Shown: positions 19,986 to 29,185 of the stretch, in pieces
Numbering within the stretch: position 1 is the stretch's first letter
Layout of the letters: each line of letters starts with the position of its first letter
Assembly (NCBI GenBank): GCA_910580045.1
Contig: CAJTXF010000004.1
Span: 7,346-71,345, forward strand
From: an uncultured Eubacteriales bacterium
GTDB taxonomy: Bacteria > Bacillota > Clostridia > Oscillospirales > Acutalibacteraceae
Reading direction: 5' to 3'
Length of the DNA stretch: 64,000 nt
Program-made: the position numbers and the translations under genes
The notes under the pieces: model-generated
Told to the model about the DNA's origin: nothing
The model's database searches: none
What the model saw: the letters and a program-made list of their open reading frames with translations, nothing else

Positions 19986-20651
19986 CTAATCCGGCTCCGC
20001 CAGCTTGAAGCCAATGCCCCACACTGCCTCAATATAGTCCCTGTCCCCCGCTGCCCGCAGCTTTTTTCGCAGGTTGCTCACGTGCATTTTCAGCGAGCTC
20101 TCGGTGCAGTCCGGGGTGTCCAGGGCTATCTGCTCCAGCAGCTGGGACTTGGTGACCACCTGGCCCGGCCTTCGCATGAGCTGCCGCAGAATGGCATACT
20201 CTGTGGGGGTCAGATGGGCTTCCCCTGCCTCGGTTGTGGCAATATGGGTGTCCAAATCCAAAACCAGGCCCCCGTACCGCAGGCGGCTGGCCTCCCGCCC
20301 GGCCCCGCCTCGAAGCTGGACCGCCACCCGGGCCAGCAGCTCCTTGGTCTCAAAGGGCTTGGTGATATAGTCCGCCGCGCCCCCTAACAGCAAATCCACC
20401 TTGCTGTCCAGCCCGGCCTTGGCGCTGAGGACAATGACCGGAACCCCCTCGATTTTGGGCAGCAGCTCCTCCCCGGACAGGCCCGGGAGCATCAAGTCCA
20501 GCAGCACCAAATCCGGGGGCGCGCTTTCCAGGCAGAGCAGAGCTTCCGTGCCCGAGTAGGCCCTGCTCACCCCATAGCCAGCCTTGCTCAGCACCTCTTC
20601 CAGCAGGTTGCCGATGTGCAGGTCGTCGTCCACCACAAGGATGCGCTTCAC
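19986..20651 (-). CDS. OmpR/PhoB family response regulator
   Basis: ILVVDDD, LLDLMLP, ADYITKPF and winged-helix VWGIGFK motifs. Confidence 0.96.
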   Translation of the reverse strand: MKRILVVDDDLHIGNLLEEVLSKAGYGVSRAYSGTEALLCLESAPPDLVLLDLMLPGLSGEELLPKIEGVPVIVLSAKAGLDSKVDLLLGGAADYITKPFETKELLARVAVQLRGGAGREASRLRYGGLVLDLDTHIATTEAGEAHLTPTEYAILRQLMRRPGQVVTKSQLLEQIALDTPDCTESSLKMHVSNLRKKLRAAGDRDYIEAVWGIGFKLAEPD

Positions 20652-20663
20652 CTTCCGCCTCCT

Positions 20664-21710
20664 TTATCGCAGGGCGGCAAGGAGCTCTGCCCGGGAGATG
20701 GGCTGGATAAAGCTCTCACCAATGGTTTTGATGAAAATGAACCGCAGGCTCTCCCCATCGCTTTTCTTGTCCAGGGCAGTGGCCTCCACAATTTCCTCCA
20801 TGCGGAACTCTGGTTTCACCGGCAGGCCGTATTGCCCCAGCACACCGGCGATACGCTCCCCGGTGCCGGGCTGGGTCAGGCCCAGCTTCTCCCCGGCCCG
20901 GCAGGCCAGCACCATGCCGATGCCCACTGCTTCCCCGTGGGACAGGCCCCGGAAGCCGTGGAGCTTCTCCAAAGCGTGGCCGCAGGTGTGGCCAAAGTTG
21001 AGAATCATCCGGCGGCCGGTATCCCGGGTGTCCGCCTCCACAAAGTCCCGCTTGATGGCAATAGAGCGGCCCACTACTTGCTCCAAATCGTCCAGAGCCG
21101 CGCCCTGCTCCAAGGCCTGGAACAGCACCGGGTCGGCGATACAGCCGTGCTTGATGACCTCCCCCAGACCGTCGTTGAAATAGCGGCGGGGCAGCGTGGA
21201 GAGGGCGTCCGAATCGGTGATTACGGCAGAGGGCTGGTGGAAAGCACCCACCAGATTCTTGCCAAAGGGCAAATCCACCCCGGTCTTCCCCCCCACGCTG
21301 GCATCCGCCTGTGACACCAGACTGGTGGGAATCTGGACAAAGTCCATCCCCCGTAGGAATGTGGCGGCGGCAAAGCCGCCCATGTCCCCGGTCACGCCGC
21401 CGCCCAGGGTGACTACCATATCCGTGCGGGTAAAGCCGTTCTCCGCCAGGGCCTGGTACATATCCATAATGGTGGACAGCTGCTTGTTCTCCTCACCAGC
21501 GGGAAAGGTGAACCGGAACACCGGGAAGCCCGCCGCTTTCAGGGAGTCCTCCACCCGCTGGCCGTAGAGGGGCATCACATTGCTGTCGCTGATGAGCATG
21601 AGCTTGGTCCCAGGCTTTTTCAAGCCTTGGACGATGCTTCCGGCCCGGTCTATCGCGCCCCGCTCCACAGTGACAGTGTAGGGGGCTGTCGTTTTCACTT
21701 CGATTTTCAT
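20664..21710 (-). CDS. aroB: 3-dehydroquinate synthase
   Basis: LGGGVTGDMGGFAAATFLRG, DASVGGKTG and LNFGHT.GHA motifs. Confidence 0.97.
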   Translation of the reverse strand: MKIEVKTTAPYTVTVERGAIDRAGSIVQGLKKPGTKLMLISDSNVMPLYGQRVEDSLKAAGFPVFRFTFPAGEENKQLSTIMDMYQALAENGFTRTDMVVTLGGGVTGDMGGFAAATFLRGMDFVQIPTSLVSQADASVGGKTGVDLPFGKNLVGAFHQPSAVITDSDALSTLPRRYFNDGLGEVIKHGCIADPVLFQALEQGAALDDLEQVVGRSIAIKRDFVEADTRDTGRRMILNFGHTCGHALEKLHGFRGLSHGEAVGIGMVLACRAGEKLGLTQPGTGERIAGVLGQYGLPVKPEFRMEEIVEATALDKKSDGESLRFIFIKTIGESFIQPISRAELLAALR

Positions 21711-21753
21711 AGGTTCCTCCTGTTGGGCGATTCTTTATGAAAGCGGGCCTTTG

Positions 21754-22578
21754 CTATCCTACCCGGCGTTTTGTATCCGCCGCTTTCCGCAGCAGTTCCC
21801 GAAGCTGCTCTTCCTCCCCTTGGCTCACTGCGTCCCGAATTCGTTTCAGATTCCGGTTCAGCTCATCCAGTTCTTCAACCAATGCCCTGCGGTTGTCCAA
21901 AAAGAGCCTGCTCCAGAGCACCTCGTTGATAGCTGCCACCCGGGACACGTCCCGGTAACTGCCCGCGGAGAAGCCCTGATGCTCCTCACAGCGGGGGCTG
22001 GCCACATAGGCGCAGGCCAGGGCATGGGGCAGCTGGGAGGTAAAGGCAATCATCTGGTCATGGCGGGCGGGGGTGGTGCGCACAATGCGACCAAAGCCCA
22101 TGGCCCCTGCCAGCCCCTCCACCTGCTCCACGGCCCAAGCGGGCGCGCCAGTGTCCACCAAAATATAGGAGGCCCCCACAAAAATGCTGGGGTCACTGGC
22201 TCCGAAGCCGCTGCGCTCCTTCCCGGCCATGGGGTGTCCGGCCACAAAGATATAGTTCCCCCCAGTCAGCTCCGCCATGCCCGCGCAGAGCTCCTCCTTC
22301 ACCCCGCAGGTATCGGTAAGGAGGCAGCCCTCCTTCAGCACAGGGCCGTGCTCTTGGGCAAAGGCCAGCGCCGCCTCTGGGTACACGCACAGATAGACCA
22401 TATCCGCCGTGCGTAAATCCGCGGTATCCGCCTTGCCGTCAATGGCCCCGCAGGAGCAGGCGTCCAGCAGGGCGTCCTGGTTGGTGTCCATGCCCAGGAC
22501 CTGATGGGAGGTGTTCTGTTTCAGGGCCTTGGCAATGGAGCCCCCAATCAGGCCCAGGCCTACAATGATAATCTTCAT
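21754..22578 (-). CDS. tyrA: Prephenate dehydrogenase
   Basis: GLGLIGGS, GHPMAG.E and HD..IA..SQLPH motifs. Confidence 0.93.
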   Translation of the reverse strand: MKIIIVGLGLIGGSIAKALKQNTSHQVLGMDTNQDALLDACSCGAIDGKADTADLRTADMVYLCVYPEAALAFAQEHGPVLKEGCLLTDTCGVKEELCAGMAELTGGNYIFVAGHPMAGKERSGFGASDPSIFVGASYILVDTGAPAWAVEQVEGLAGAMGFGRIVRTTPARHDQMIAFTSQLPHALACAYVASPRCEEHQGFSAGSYRDVSRVAAINEVLWSRLFLDNRRALVEELDELNRNLKRIRDAVSQGEEEQLRELLRKAADTKRRVG

Positions 22579-23588
22579 AGGGCCTGCACCATGTCGTATA
22601 CCTGGGTGACCCGCTTGGCCAGGCTGTCAAACTGGGCAGGGGTAATGGACTGGGCCCCGTCGCACAGGGCGTGAGGCGGGTCGTTGTGTACCTCGATAAT
22701 CAATCCGTCCGCGCCGATGGCTGCGGCGGCAATGGCCAGGGGCTCAATCAGCCAGCTGACGCCGCTGGCGTGGCTGGGGTCCACAATCACAGGCAGATGG
22801 GACAGCCGCTTGATAACCGGCACGGCGGAAATATCCAGGGTGTTCCGGGTCATGGTCTCATAGGTGCGGATGCCCCGCTCGCATAGGATGACCTGCTGGT
22901 TGCCCTCGGCCATAATGTACTCAGCGCTCATGAGCAGCTCTTCCACTGTATTGGCCAACCCCCGTTTGAGCAGAATGGGCTTGTCCAGCCGGCCCAGCCG
23001 CTTCAACAGCTCAAAATTCTGCATATTCCGGGCCCCCACCTGGATGACATCCACATCGTCGAACAGGGGGAGATGCTCAATGCTCATGATTTCCGTGACA
23101 ATGGGCAGGCCGGTCTTTTTCTTGGCCTTGGAGAGCAGCTCCAGGCCCTCGGACTTCATGCCCTGGAAGGCATAGGGGCTGGTGCGGGGTTTGAACGCGC
23201 CGCCCCGCAGAAACGCGGCGCCGGATTCCTTCACTGCCTCTGCCACGCCGCAAATCTGCTCCTCACTCTCCACAGAGCAGGGGCCGGCAATCAGGGCCAA
23301 GCGCCCCCCGCCAATGGTCTGCCCCCCCGGCAGGGTGATAACAGAATCCTCTGGATGGAACTTGCGGTTTGCCTTTTTGTAGGGCTCCTGCACCCGGCGG
23401 ACAGCCTCCACCACGTCCTGGGCGGCAATGTACTCGTCATCAATGGCAGTGGTATCGCCCAAAAGGCCCAGTACAGTGCTGTGGGTGCCCACCCAGGTAT
23501 TCACGGTCACGTCATACCGGCTGGTGAGCTTTTGAACAAAGCTGTCAATCTGCTCTTGGTTCTGCTGGGGTTTCAGTACAATAATCAT
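22575..23588 (-). CDS. aroF: DAHP synthase type I-beta with N-terminal regulatory domain
   Basis: IAGPCSVE, GGAFKPRTSPY.FQG, VGARNMQNF and DPSHA motifs. Confidence 0.96.
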   Translation of the reverse strand: MIIVLKPQQNQEQIDSFVQKLTSRYDVTVNTWVGTHSTVLGLLGDTTAIDDEYIAAQDVVEAVRRVQEPYKKANRKFHPEDSVITLPGGQTIGGGRLALIAGPCSVESEEQICGVAEAVKESGAAFLRGGAFKPRTSPYAFQGMKSEGLELLSKAKKKTGLPIVTEIMSIEHLPLFDDVDVIQVGARNMQNFELLKRLGRLDKPILLKRGLANTVEELLMSAEYIMAEGNQQVILCERGIRTYETMTRNTLDISAVPVIKRLSHLPVIVDPSHASGVSWLIEPLAIAAAAIGADGLIIEVHNDPPHALCDGAQSITPAQFDSLAKRVTQVYDMVQAL

Positions 23589-23661
23589 TTGGATTCATCC
23601 TTTCTGTCTTCACTTCGCTGAATTTGGCTTTCCACAGACGCTGGGCTCTGTCCGCAGGCAT

Positions 23662-23688
23662 AAAAAAGGCGGAGCCCCACGGCTCCGC
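23662..23688 (-). terminator. Attenuator terminator in the aroF leader
   Basis: Minus strand GCGGAGCC-GTGG-GGCTCCGC-C-TTTTTT lying between the leader ORF and aroF. Confidence 0.85.
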
Positions 23689-23734
23689 AAACCACCCGGA
23701 TATTCCGGGCAGATTCATCTCCCCCGCCTTCGGC

Positions 23735-23872
23735 TTACTGCCGGAACGAACTTGAAAGTCCCAGGCGCAGGGACGCGCAGCCGCTCTGTTCACCCCACGG
23801 AAAATAGCCCGCGCTGGTAAATCGCAGGCTGAAGCAGGTATAGTAAAACTGCTGTGTACGTATGGTGTCCAT
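23735..23872 (-). CDS. Putative aromatic-amino-acid leader peptide (45 aa)
   Basis: AAGGAG RBS 7 nt before the ATG. MDTIRTQQFYYTCFSLRFTSAGYFPWGEQSGCASLRLGLSSSFRQ*; 8 of residues 9-26 are F/Y/W. Confidence 0.75.
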   Translation of the reverse strand: MDTIRTQQFYYTCFSLRFTSAGYFPWGEQSGCASLRLGLSSSFRQ

Positions 23873-23908
23873 CGCGGCGCTCCTTATCATTTTTTGCGTC
23901 CAGGAGCT

Positions 23909-23937
23909 ATTCTACTCCTTCTTTCGAAAAAAGTCAA
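23909..23937 (-). promoter_or_regulatory. Sigma-A promoter of the leader-aroF-tyrA-aroB operon
   Basis: TTGACT-17 nt-TAGAAT. Confidence 0.8.
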
Positions 23938-23959
23938 GTCCCAGCCGGAAGGCAGGTTT

Positions 23960-24478
23960 TTACCGCCACTCCAGCTTGGCCACCCGCCGGGCTACTGTTA
24001 CGGGCGGCGCCCCCGCGTCAATGGTCACGTCCGCCGCAGCCCGGTAGAGGGGTTCCCGCTCCGCGTGGAGCCGGGCAATTACCTCCCGCCGGTTGGGCAC
24101 CTGCAGCAGGGGACGCCGTTTGTCGTTTTTCAGCCGCTCCTGCAAAGCGGCCAAGGGCGCATCCAGGAAGACGATTACCCCTCCCTGCTCGTGAAAAGCC
24201 CGGACATTCCCCTCCCGCAGCACGGTCCCCCCGCCGCTGGCGATAATCAGTCCAGGCCGGGCTGCCACTTCCCACACAGCCTGGACCTCCCGCTCCCGAA
24301 AGCCCGCTTCCCCAAACTGGGCGAAAATCTCTGAGACAGTCAATCCTGCTTTTTCCTCAATGTACTGGTCCAAGTCACAGAACTCCCGCTCCAGAAGCCG
24401 GGCTGCCCGGCGGCCTACGCTGGTCTTGCCGCAGCCCATGAAGCCGCACAGAATCAGGTTCCCCTGCCCCCTGCTCAT
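23960..24478 (-). CDS. aroK: Shikimate kinase
   Basis: GFMGCGKTSVG, GE..FR.RE, SGGG and RPLL motifs. Confidence 0.95.
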   Translation of the reverse strand: MSRGQGNLILCGFMGCGKTSVGRRAARLLEREFCDLDQYIEEKAGLTVSEIFAQFGEAGFREREVQAVWEVAARPGLIIASGGGTVLREGNVRAFHEQGGVIVFLDAPLAALQERLKNDKRRPLLQVPNRREVIARLHAEREPLYRAAADVTIDAGAPPVTVARRVAKLEWR

Positions 24479-25356
24479 AGCTTCTCTCCCCCGAATATCC
24501 GCGGAAGCTCTGCCTGGGCATCCGCAGTCAGCTGCCGCAAATCCGCCAGCTCAAACGAACTGCCATACCACAGCTTATGGGAATACGCTGCCTGACACAC
24601 CAGCATGCCCATGCCGCCCACTGTCTTTACACCCTGCCTCCGGGCTCTTTGCAGCAGCAAGGTATCGGCCGGATTGTACACCGCGTCAAAAACCGTGCTG
24701 AACCTGGCGATAACAGCATCGCTCACCGGGCAGGCGTCTGTATGGGGATACATGCCCAGGCTGGTGGTATTGATTAGCAAGCCACGGCTGCTCCTGCTGT
24801 CCTCCTCCAGCTCCTGGTAGCTCATGAGCTGAATCCAAAAGCTTTTATCGCCCCGGCTCCGGGCATAGTCAGCCAGGCGGTCAGCCAAAGCCATCGCTTT
24901 CTCATAAGAGCCCTGCCGGTGGACAATAGTAAGCTGAAAGTCCGGGCGCTGGGCTATCTGAAAGGCAATGGCCTTTGCCGCCCCGCCATTGCCCAGAATC
25001 ACCACATCCTCGGGAAGGTCCACACCCTCGCACGCCAAGGCCAGGGCAAACCCTGCCCCATCGGTGGTGGAGCCCCAGAGCCGACCCTCCTCCACCCGCA
25101 CGGTGTTCACAGAACCGCACAGCGCCGCCTGCTCACTCATGTTGTCCAGATAGGGAATAATGGCGCTTTTGTGGGGTATTGTGATATTAAAGCAGTCCAA
25201 TTTGCGCAGAACAGGCAGGGCCTCCTCCAAATCCGGCACATCTATAACGCTATACTCCATAGGGATATGGGAGAGCTCAAACAGTCTTTTTTGTATAAAA
25301 GGGGACATGGTATGGCCAATGGGGTGGCCGATTACTGCCGCTTTTTGTAGTTTCAA
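24475..25356 (-). CDS. aroE: Shikimate dehydrogenase
   Basis: IGHPIGHTMSP, NITIPHK, SVNT, TDG.GF and GNGGAAKAI motifs. TTG start after AAGGAG (alternative GTG at 25380). Confidence 0.93.
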   Translation of the reverse strand: MKLQKAAVIGHPIGHTMSPFIQKRLFELSHIPMEYSVIDVPDLEEALPVLRKLDCFNITIPHKSAIIPYLDNMSEQAALCGSVNTVRVEEGRLWGSTTDGAGFALALACEGVDLPEDVVILGNGGAAKAIAFQIAQRPDFQLTIVHRQGSYEKAMALADRLADYARSRGDKSFWIQLMSYQELEEDSRSSRGLLINTTSLGMYPHTDACPVSDAVIARFSTVFDAVYNPADTLLLQRARRQGVKTVGGMGMLVCQAAYSHKLWYGSSFELADLRQLTADAQAELPRIFGGEKL

Positions 25357-25409
25357 GGGCTTCCACTCCTTCTTTTTCACTGGTTTGGCAAATTTTTTTC
25401 GTTATCCTG

Positions 25410-25438
25410 TTGACAAAGTGGATGTGAGCAAATAAAAT
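25410..25438 (+). promoter_or_regulatory. Sigma-A promoter for acpP
   Basis: TTGACA-17 nt-TAAAAT. Confidence 0.7.
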
Positions 25439-25491
25439 AAAGTCAAAGGGACACCCGGAACATTTTGCTCCCGCGCGTTTTGCGCCGCCCT

Positions 25492-25521
25492 ATTATACCA
25501 TAGGGCCGCCGGGTTTGTCCA
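25492..25521 (-). promoter_or_regulatory. Sigma-A promoter for aroE-aroK
   Basis: TGGACA-18 nt-TATAAT with extended TG. Confidence 0.55.
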
Positions 25522-25570
25522 TAACTTATGATTCCAATAATCGAAAACAAATTTTTAGGAGGCAGTTAAG

Positions 25571-25804
25571 ATGGTATTGGAAAAAATGAAGGCCATTCTC
25601 AGTGAGCAGTTCAGCGTGGAAGAGGGCACCATCACCGCGGATACCCTGCTGGAGGACGACCTGGGCGCGGATTCACTGGACGTGGTGGATTTGCTGATGA
25701 CCATTGAGGACACCTTTGAGGTGGAGATTCCCGACGAGGAAGTGGAAAACATCAAGACGGTGGGCGCTCTGGTAGAGTACATCGAGAACCACTCTCAGGA
25801 GTGA
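25571..25804 (+). CDS. acpP: Acyl carrier protein
   Basis: DLGADSLDVV phosphopantetheine site; RBS AGGAGG. Confidence 0.97.
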   Translation: MVLEKMKAILSEQFSVEEGTITADTLLEDDLGADSLDVVDLLMTIEDTFEVEIPDEEVENIKTVGALVEYIENHSQE

Positions 25805-25827
25805 GCCCCGTGTTATAGGGAACCATT

Positions 25828-25862
25828 GAGCCCGTGGCGGAGCTTCTGCCCGGGCTTTTTTC
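25828..25862 (+). terminator. Intrinsic terminator after acpP
   Basis: AGCCCG..GGCGGAG/TTCTGCC.CGGGCT stem followed by a T-run. Confidence 0.7.
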
Positions 25863-25916
25863 ATATCTCAAATTATTTCTGAAAGGTCCACCGCCCGGCT
25901 TTTTTGCACAAATTCC

Positions 25917-25945
25917 TTGCAAATCCGGCCTGCAGCCGCTATAAT
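25917..25945 (+). promoter_or_regulatory. Sigma-A promoter for proS
   Basis: TTGCAA-17 nt-TATAAT. Confidence 0.75.
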
Positions 25946-25983
25946 GGATAAGATATTGTAAGCAATCGGAAAGGACGATGGAT

Positions 25984-27423
25984 ATGGCACAACAGAAAAA
26001 AAAGGTGGAGGACATTACCTCCATGGACGTGGACTTTGCCCAATGGTATACGGACGTAGTGAGAAAGGCTGAGTTGGCCGACTATTCCAGCGTGAAGGGC
26101 TGCATTGTATATGAGCCCTACGGCTACGCCATCTGGGAGAACATCCAGCGGGAGATGGACACCCGCTTTAAGAAGCTGGGGGTACAGAATGTGGCCATGC
26201 CCATGCTCATCCCCGAGAGCCTTTTGCAGAAGGAAAAGGACCACATTGAGGGATTTGCACCGGAGTGCGCGGTGGTCACCCAGGGGGGCGGCGAGGCCCT
26301 CAGCGAAAAGCTCTACATCCGCCCCACCAGCGAGGTGCTGTTCTGCGAGCACTATCAGAAAAAAATCCACTCCTACCGGGACTTGCCCAAGCTGTATAAC
26401 CAGTGGTGCTCTGTGGTGCGGTGGGAGAAGACCACCCGGCCCTTCCTGCGGGGCATGGAGTTTTTGTGGCAGGAGGGCCACACCATGCACGAGACCGCCC
26501 AGGAGGCGGAGGAGTTCACCCTGAAGATGCTGGGGGTGTATGAGGAGGTCTACCGGGACGCTCTGGCCATCCCTCCGGTGGTGGGCAAAAAGACCGAGAA
26601 GGAGAAATTCGCCGGGGCTGAGGCCACCTATACCCTGGAGCCCATGATGCACAACGGCGTGGCCCTCCAGGGGGGCACCACCCACTTCTTCGGCGACGGG
26701 TTTGCCAAGGCTTTCGGCATCACCTTTACGGGCCGGGACAACCAGCTTCACGCCCCCTTCCAGACCTCCTGGGGCATGAGCACCCGGCTGATCGGCGCGG
26801 TGATTATGGTGCACGGGGACGACAACGGCCTGGTGCTTCCTCCCCGCATTGCCCCTATCCAGGTGGTGATTGTGCCCATTGCCCAGCACAAGCCCGGGGT
26901 CTTGGAAAAGGCGGCGGAGCTGCGGGACAGGCTCAGCGAAAACTTCCGGGTGAAGCTGGACGGCAGCGACAACTCTCCTGGGTGGAAGTTCGCCCAGTAT
27001 GAGATGCAGGGCGTGCCTCTGCGCATTGAAATTGGGCCCAAGGACATTGAGCAGGGCCAGTGTGTGGTGGTACGCCGGGATACTGGGGAAAAGACCCTTG
27101 TCCCCTTAGACAGTCTGGAGCAGCGGGTGGCCGATGGGCTGGATGTCATTCACGACAGTATGCTCCACAAGGCCCAGGAGAACCTGGAGTCCAAAACCTT
27201 CACAGCCCATAACCATGAGGAGTTCCTGGACATTGCTCAGAACAAGCCTGGGTTCATCAAGGCCATGTGGTGTGGGGACAGTGCCTGTGAGGATAAGCTG
27301 AAAGAGGAGACCGGCGGCGTGAAGAGCAGGTGCATCCCCTTTGAGGAGGAGCATATCAGCGATGTGTGCGCCTGCTGCGGCAAGCCCGCCAAGCACATGG
27401 TCTACTGGGGCCGGCAGTATTGA
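25984..27423 (+). CDS. proS: Proline--tRNA ligase (archaeal/eukaryote-like type, no INS editing domain, C-terminal Zn domain)
   Basis: [41 protein letters not shown] motifs; C-terminal ...GRQY. Confidence 0.96.
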   Translation: MAQQKKKVEDITSMDVDFAQWYTDVVRKAELADYSSVKGCIVYEPYGYAIWENIQREMDTRFKKLGVQNVAMPMLIPESLLQKEKDHIEGFAPECAVVTQGGGEALSEKLYIRPTSEVLFCEHYQKKIHSYRDLPKLYNQWCSVVRWEKTTRPFLRGMEFLWQEGHTMHETAQEAEEFTLKMLGVYEEVYRDALAIPPVVGKKTEKEKFAGAEATYTLEPMMHNGVALQGGTTHFFGDGFAKAFGITFTGRDNQLHAPFQTSWGMSTRLIGAVIMVHGDDNGLVLPPRIAPIQVVIVPIAQHKPGVLEKAAELRDRLSENFRVKLDGSDNSPGWKFAQYEMQGVPLRIEIGPKDIEQGQCVVVRRDTGEKTLVPLDSLEQRVADGLDVIHDSMLHKAQENLESKTFTAHNHEEFLDIAQNKPGFIKAMWCGDSACEDKLKEETGGVKSRCIPFEEEHISDVCACCGKPAKHMVYWGRQY

Positions 27424-27434
27424 TGGGGGCGGCT

Positions 27435-27794
27435 ATGGACGAGCTTGTGATGCTCAGAGGGATTCTGGACAGCCTCCCCTATCCCGTGGTGTTTGTGGAC
27501 AGCAGCTTTATCATCCGGTATATGAACCGCTATGCCCAATACCACTACTATCAGGAACGGGGGTACCGGGACCTGATTGGCAAGAGCATTTTTTCCTGTC
27601 ATAACAAGGAGAGTTCCCGGGAGCGCATAAGGACCGCTTTTGAGAAGATGAAACTGGACGGCAAGGAGATGTTCGTGGGCGTGAACGCCCGGAACCAGCG
27701 CCTGTATATGCAGCCTGTCCGGGACGGCGAGGGGCGGCTGATTGGCTTTTTCGAGCGCTTTGAAATGAATCTGCGCATAGACCAAAGCCTTTAG
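27435..27794 (+). CDS. Stand-alone PAS-domain protein
   Basis: ILDSLPYPVVFVD..F.IRYMN, LIGKSIF.CH and PVRD.EGR.IG pattern. Confidence 0.8.
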   Translation: MDELVMLRGILDSLPYPVVFVDSSFIIRYMNRYAQYHYYQERGYRDLIGKSIFSCHNKESSRERIRTAFEKMKLDGKEMFVGVNARNQRLYMQPVRDGEGRLIGFFERFEMNLRIDQSL

Positions 27795-27940
27795 AAGCCC
27801 TTTTCAAAGCATGTTCTAAAGCAAACTGCCCATAAACTGGTTTTATGTAAACTATCCAAAGGTTTTTTCCGCGGGAGAAGCCATATCTCTAATAATTCGG
27901 CTGGCGCACAAAATAATTTTATAAAAACTACAAAAAGCCC

Positions 27941-27969
27941 TTTACATTTCCTTCTGCTTGCTGTACAAT
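27941..27969 (+). promoter_or_regulatory. Sigma-A promoter for the Gfo/isomerase operon
   Basis: TTTACA-17 nt-TACAAT. Confidence 0.65.
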
Positions 27970-28044
27970 AGAAGCGTAATCAATATGCGGCATTCTTCTG
28001 CTAGAAACGAGTGCAGCATATATATAATAGGAGGAATGATTCCC

Positions 28045-29163
28045 ATGGCTAAATTAAAGATTGGTTTTATTGGCTGCGGCGGCATCGCCAACCAGAAGCA
28101 TCTGCCCGGCATGTCCCAGCAGACTGAGCATGTAGATTTGTGCGCTTTCTGTGATTTGATTCCCGAGCGCGCCGAGAAGGCCGCAAAAGAGTACGGCACT
28201 CCTGACGCCAAGGTTTACACTGACTATCATGAGCTGCTGGCTGACCCCACCATTGACGCTGTCCATGTGCTGACCCCCAACATCGCCCACTGTGAAATCA
28301 CCGTGGCCGCTCTGGAAGCCGGCAAGCACGTGCTCTGCGAGAAGCCCATGGCCGCCACTCCCGAAGATGCCCAGAAGATGCTGGACGCCCGGGACCGCAC
28401 CGGCAAGATGCTGACCATTGGCTATCAGTACCGTCATTTCCATGAGAACGCTGTGGCCCGCAAGGTTGTTGCTGACGGCTGGCTGGGCGACATCTACTAT
28501 GCTGAGGCTACTTATCTGCGCCGCCGCGGCGTACCCACCTGGGGCGTGTTCACCGACAAGTCCAAGCAGGGCGGCGGACCCCTGATTGACATCGGCACCC
28601 ATGCGCTGGACAACACCCTGTTCCTGATGAACAACTATGACGTGGACTATGTGGTCGGCACTTCCTTCGAGAAGCTGGGCCGCCTGCTCACTCCCGATGT
28701 ACAGGGCCAGAACAACTGGATGGGCGACCCTGACCACTGGAACAACGAGACCTATGACGTGGAGGATTCCGCTGTAGGCCAGATTAAGATGAAGAACGGC
28801 GCTGTTATCAACCTGCGCGCTTCCTGGGCGCTGAACATGGCGGAGAAGGCTGGCTGCGACAACCAGGCTCACACTTTGCTGTGCGGCACCAAGGGCGGCC
28901 TGGACACCCTGGAGGGCCGTGTCCGCCTGAACCACATCGTTGCCAACGAGCAGAGCATCACTTGGGTCGGCGACAAGATTCGCGGCTATATCCCCGGCTT
29001 CAGCCAGGGCCCCGCACCGCTCAGCAAGGAGCATGACATCTGGGTCAAGGCTCTGCGCGGCGAGGGCGAGCTGTTCGTTACCGCTGACCAGGCCTTTGTG
29101 GTCACCAAGATTCTGGACGCTATCTACCAGTCTTCCAAGACCGGCCAGGCCATCAAGTTTTAA
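28045..29163 (+). CDS. Gfo/Idh/MocA family oxidoreductase
   Basis: IGCGGIA, HVLCEKP and GGGPLIDIGTH motifs; strongly biased codon usage. Confidence 0.93.
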   Translation: MAKLKIGFIGCGGIANQKHLPGMSQQTEHVDLCAFCDLIPERAEKAAKEYGTPDAKVYTDYHELLADPTIDAVHVLTPNIAHCEITVAALEAGKHVLCEKPMAATPEDAQKMLDARDRTGKMLTIGYQYRHFHENAVARKVVADGWLGDIYYAEATYLRRRGVPTWGVFTDKSKQGGGPLIDIGTHALDNTLFLMNNYDVDYVVGTSFEKLGRLLTPDVQGQNNWMGDPDHWNNETYDVEDSAVGQIKMKNGAVINLRASWALNMAEKAGCDNQAHTLLCGTKGGLDTLEGRVRLNHIVANEQSITWVGDKIRGYIPGFSQGPAPLSKEHDIWVKALRGEGELFVTADQAFVVTKILDAIYQSSKTGQAIKF

Positions 29164-29185
29164 GGCCGACGCGAGGTAGAACAGC

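Noticed and set aside
23600..23900. T-box riboswitch upstream of aroF
   Set aside because: GGGTGGTTTGCGG lacks the UGGNACC bulge and the AG-box and GNUG elements are in the wrong order; the leader ORF explains the region better.
25984..27423. Archaeal/eukaryote-type ProRS as evidence of unusual gene transfer
   Set aside because: This ProRS type is common in Clostridia and codon usage matches the host.
27970..27985. cre/LacI-type operator at the Gfo promoter
   Set aside because: AGAAGCGTAATCA is only a partial match; too weak to call.
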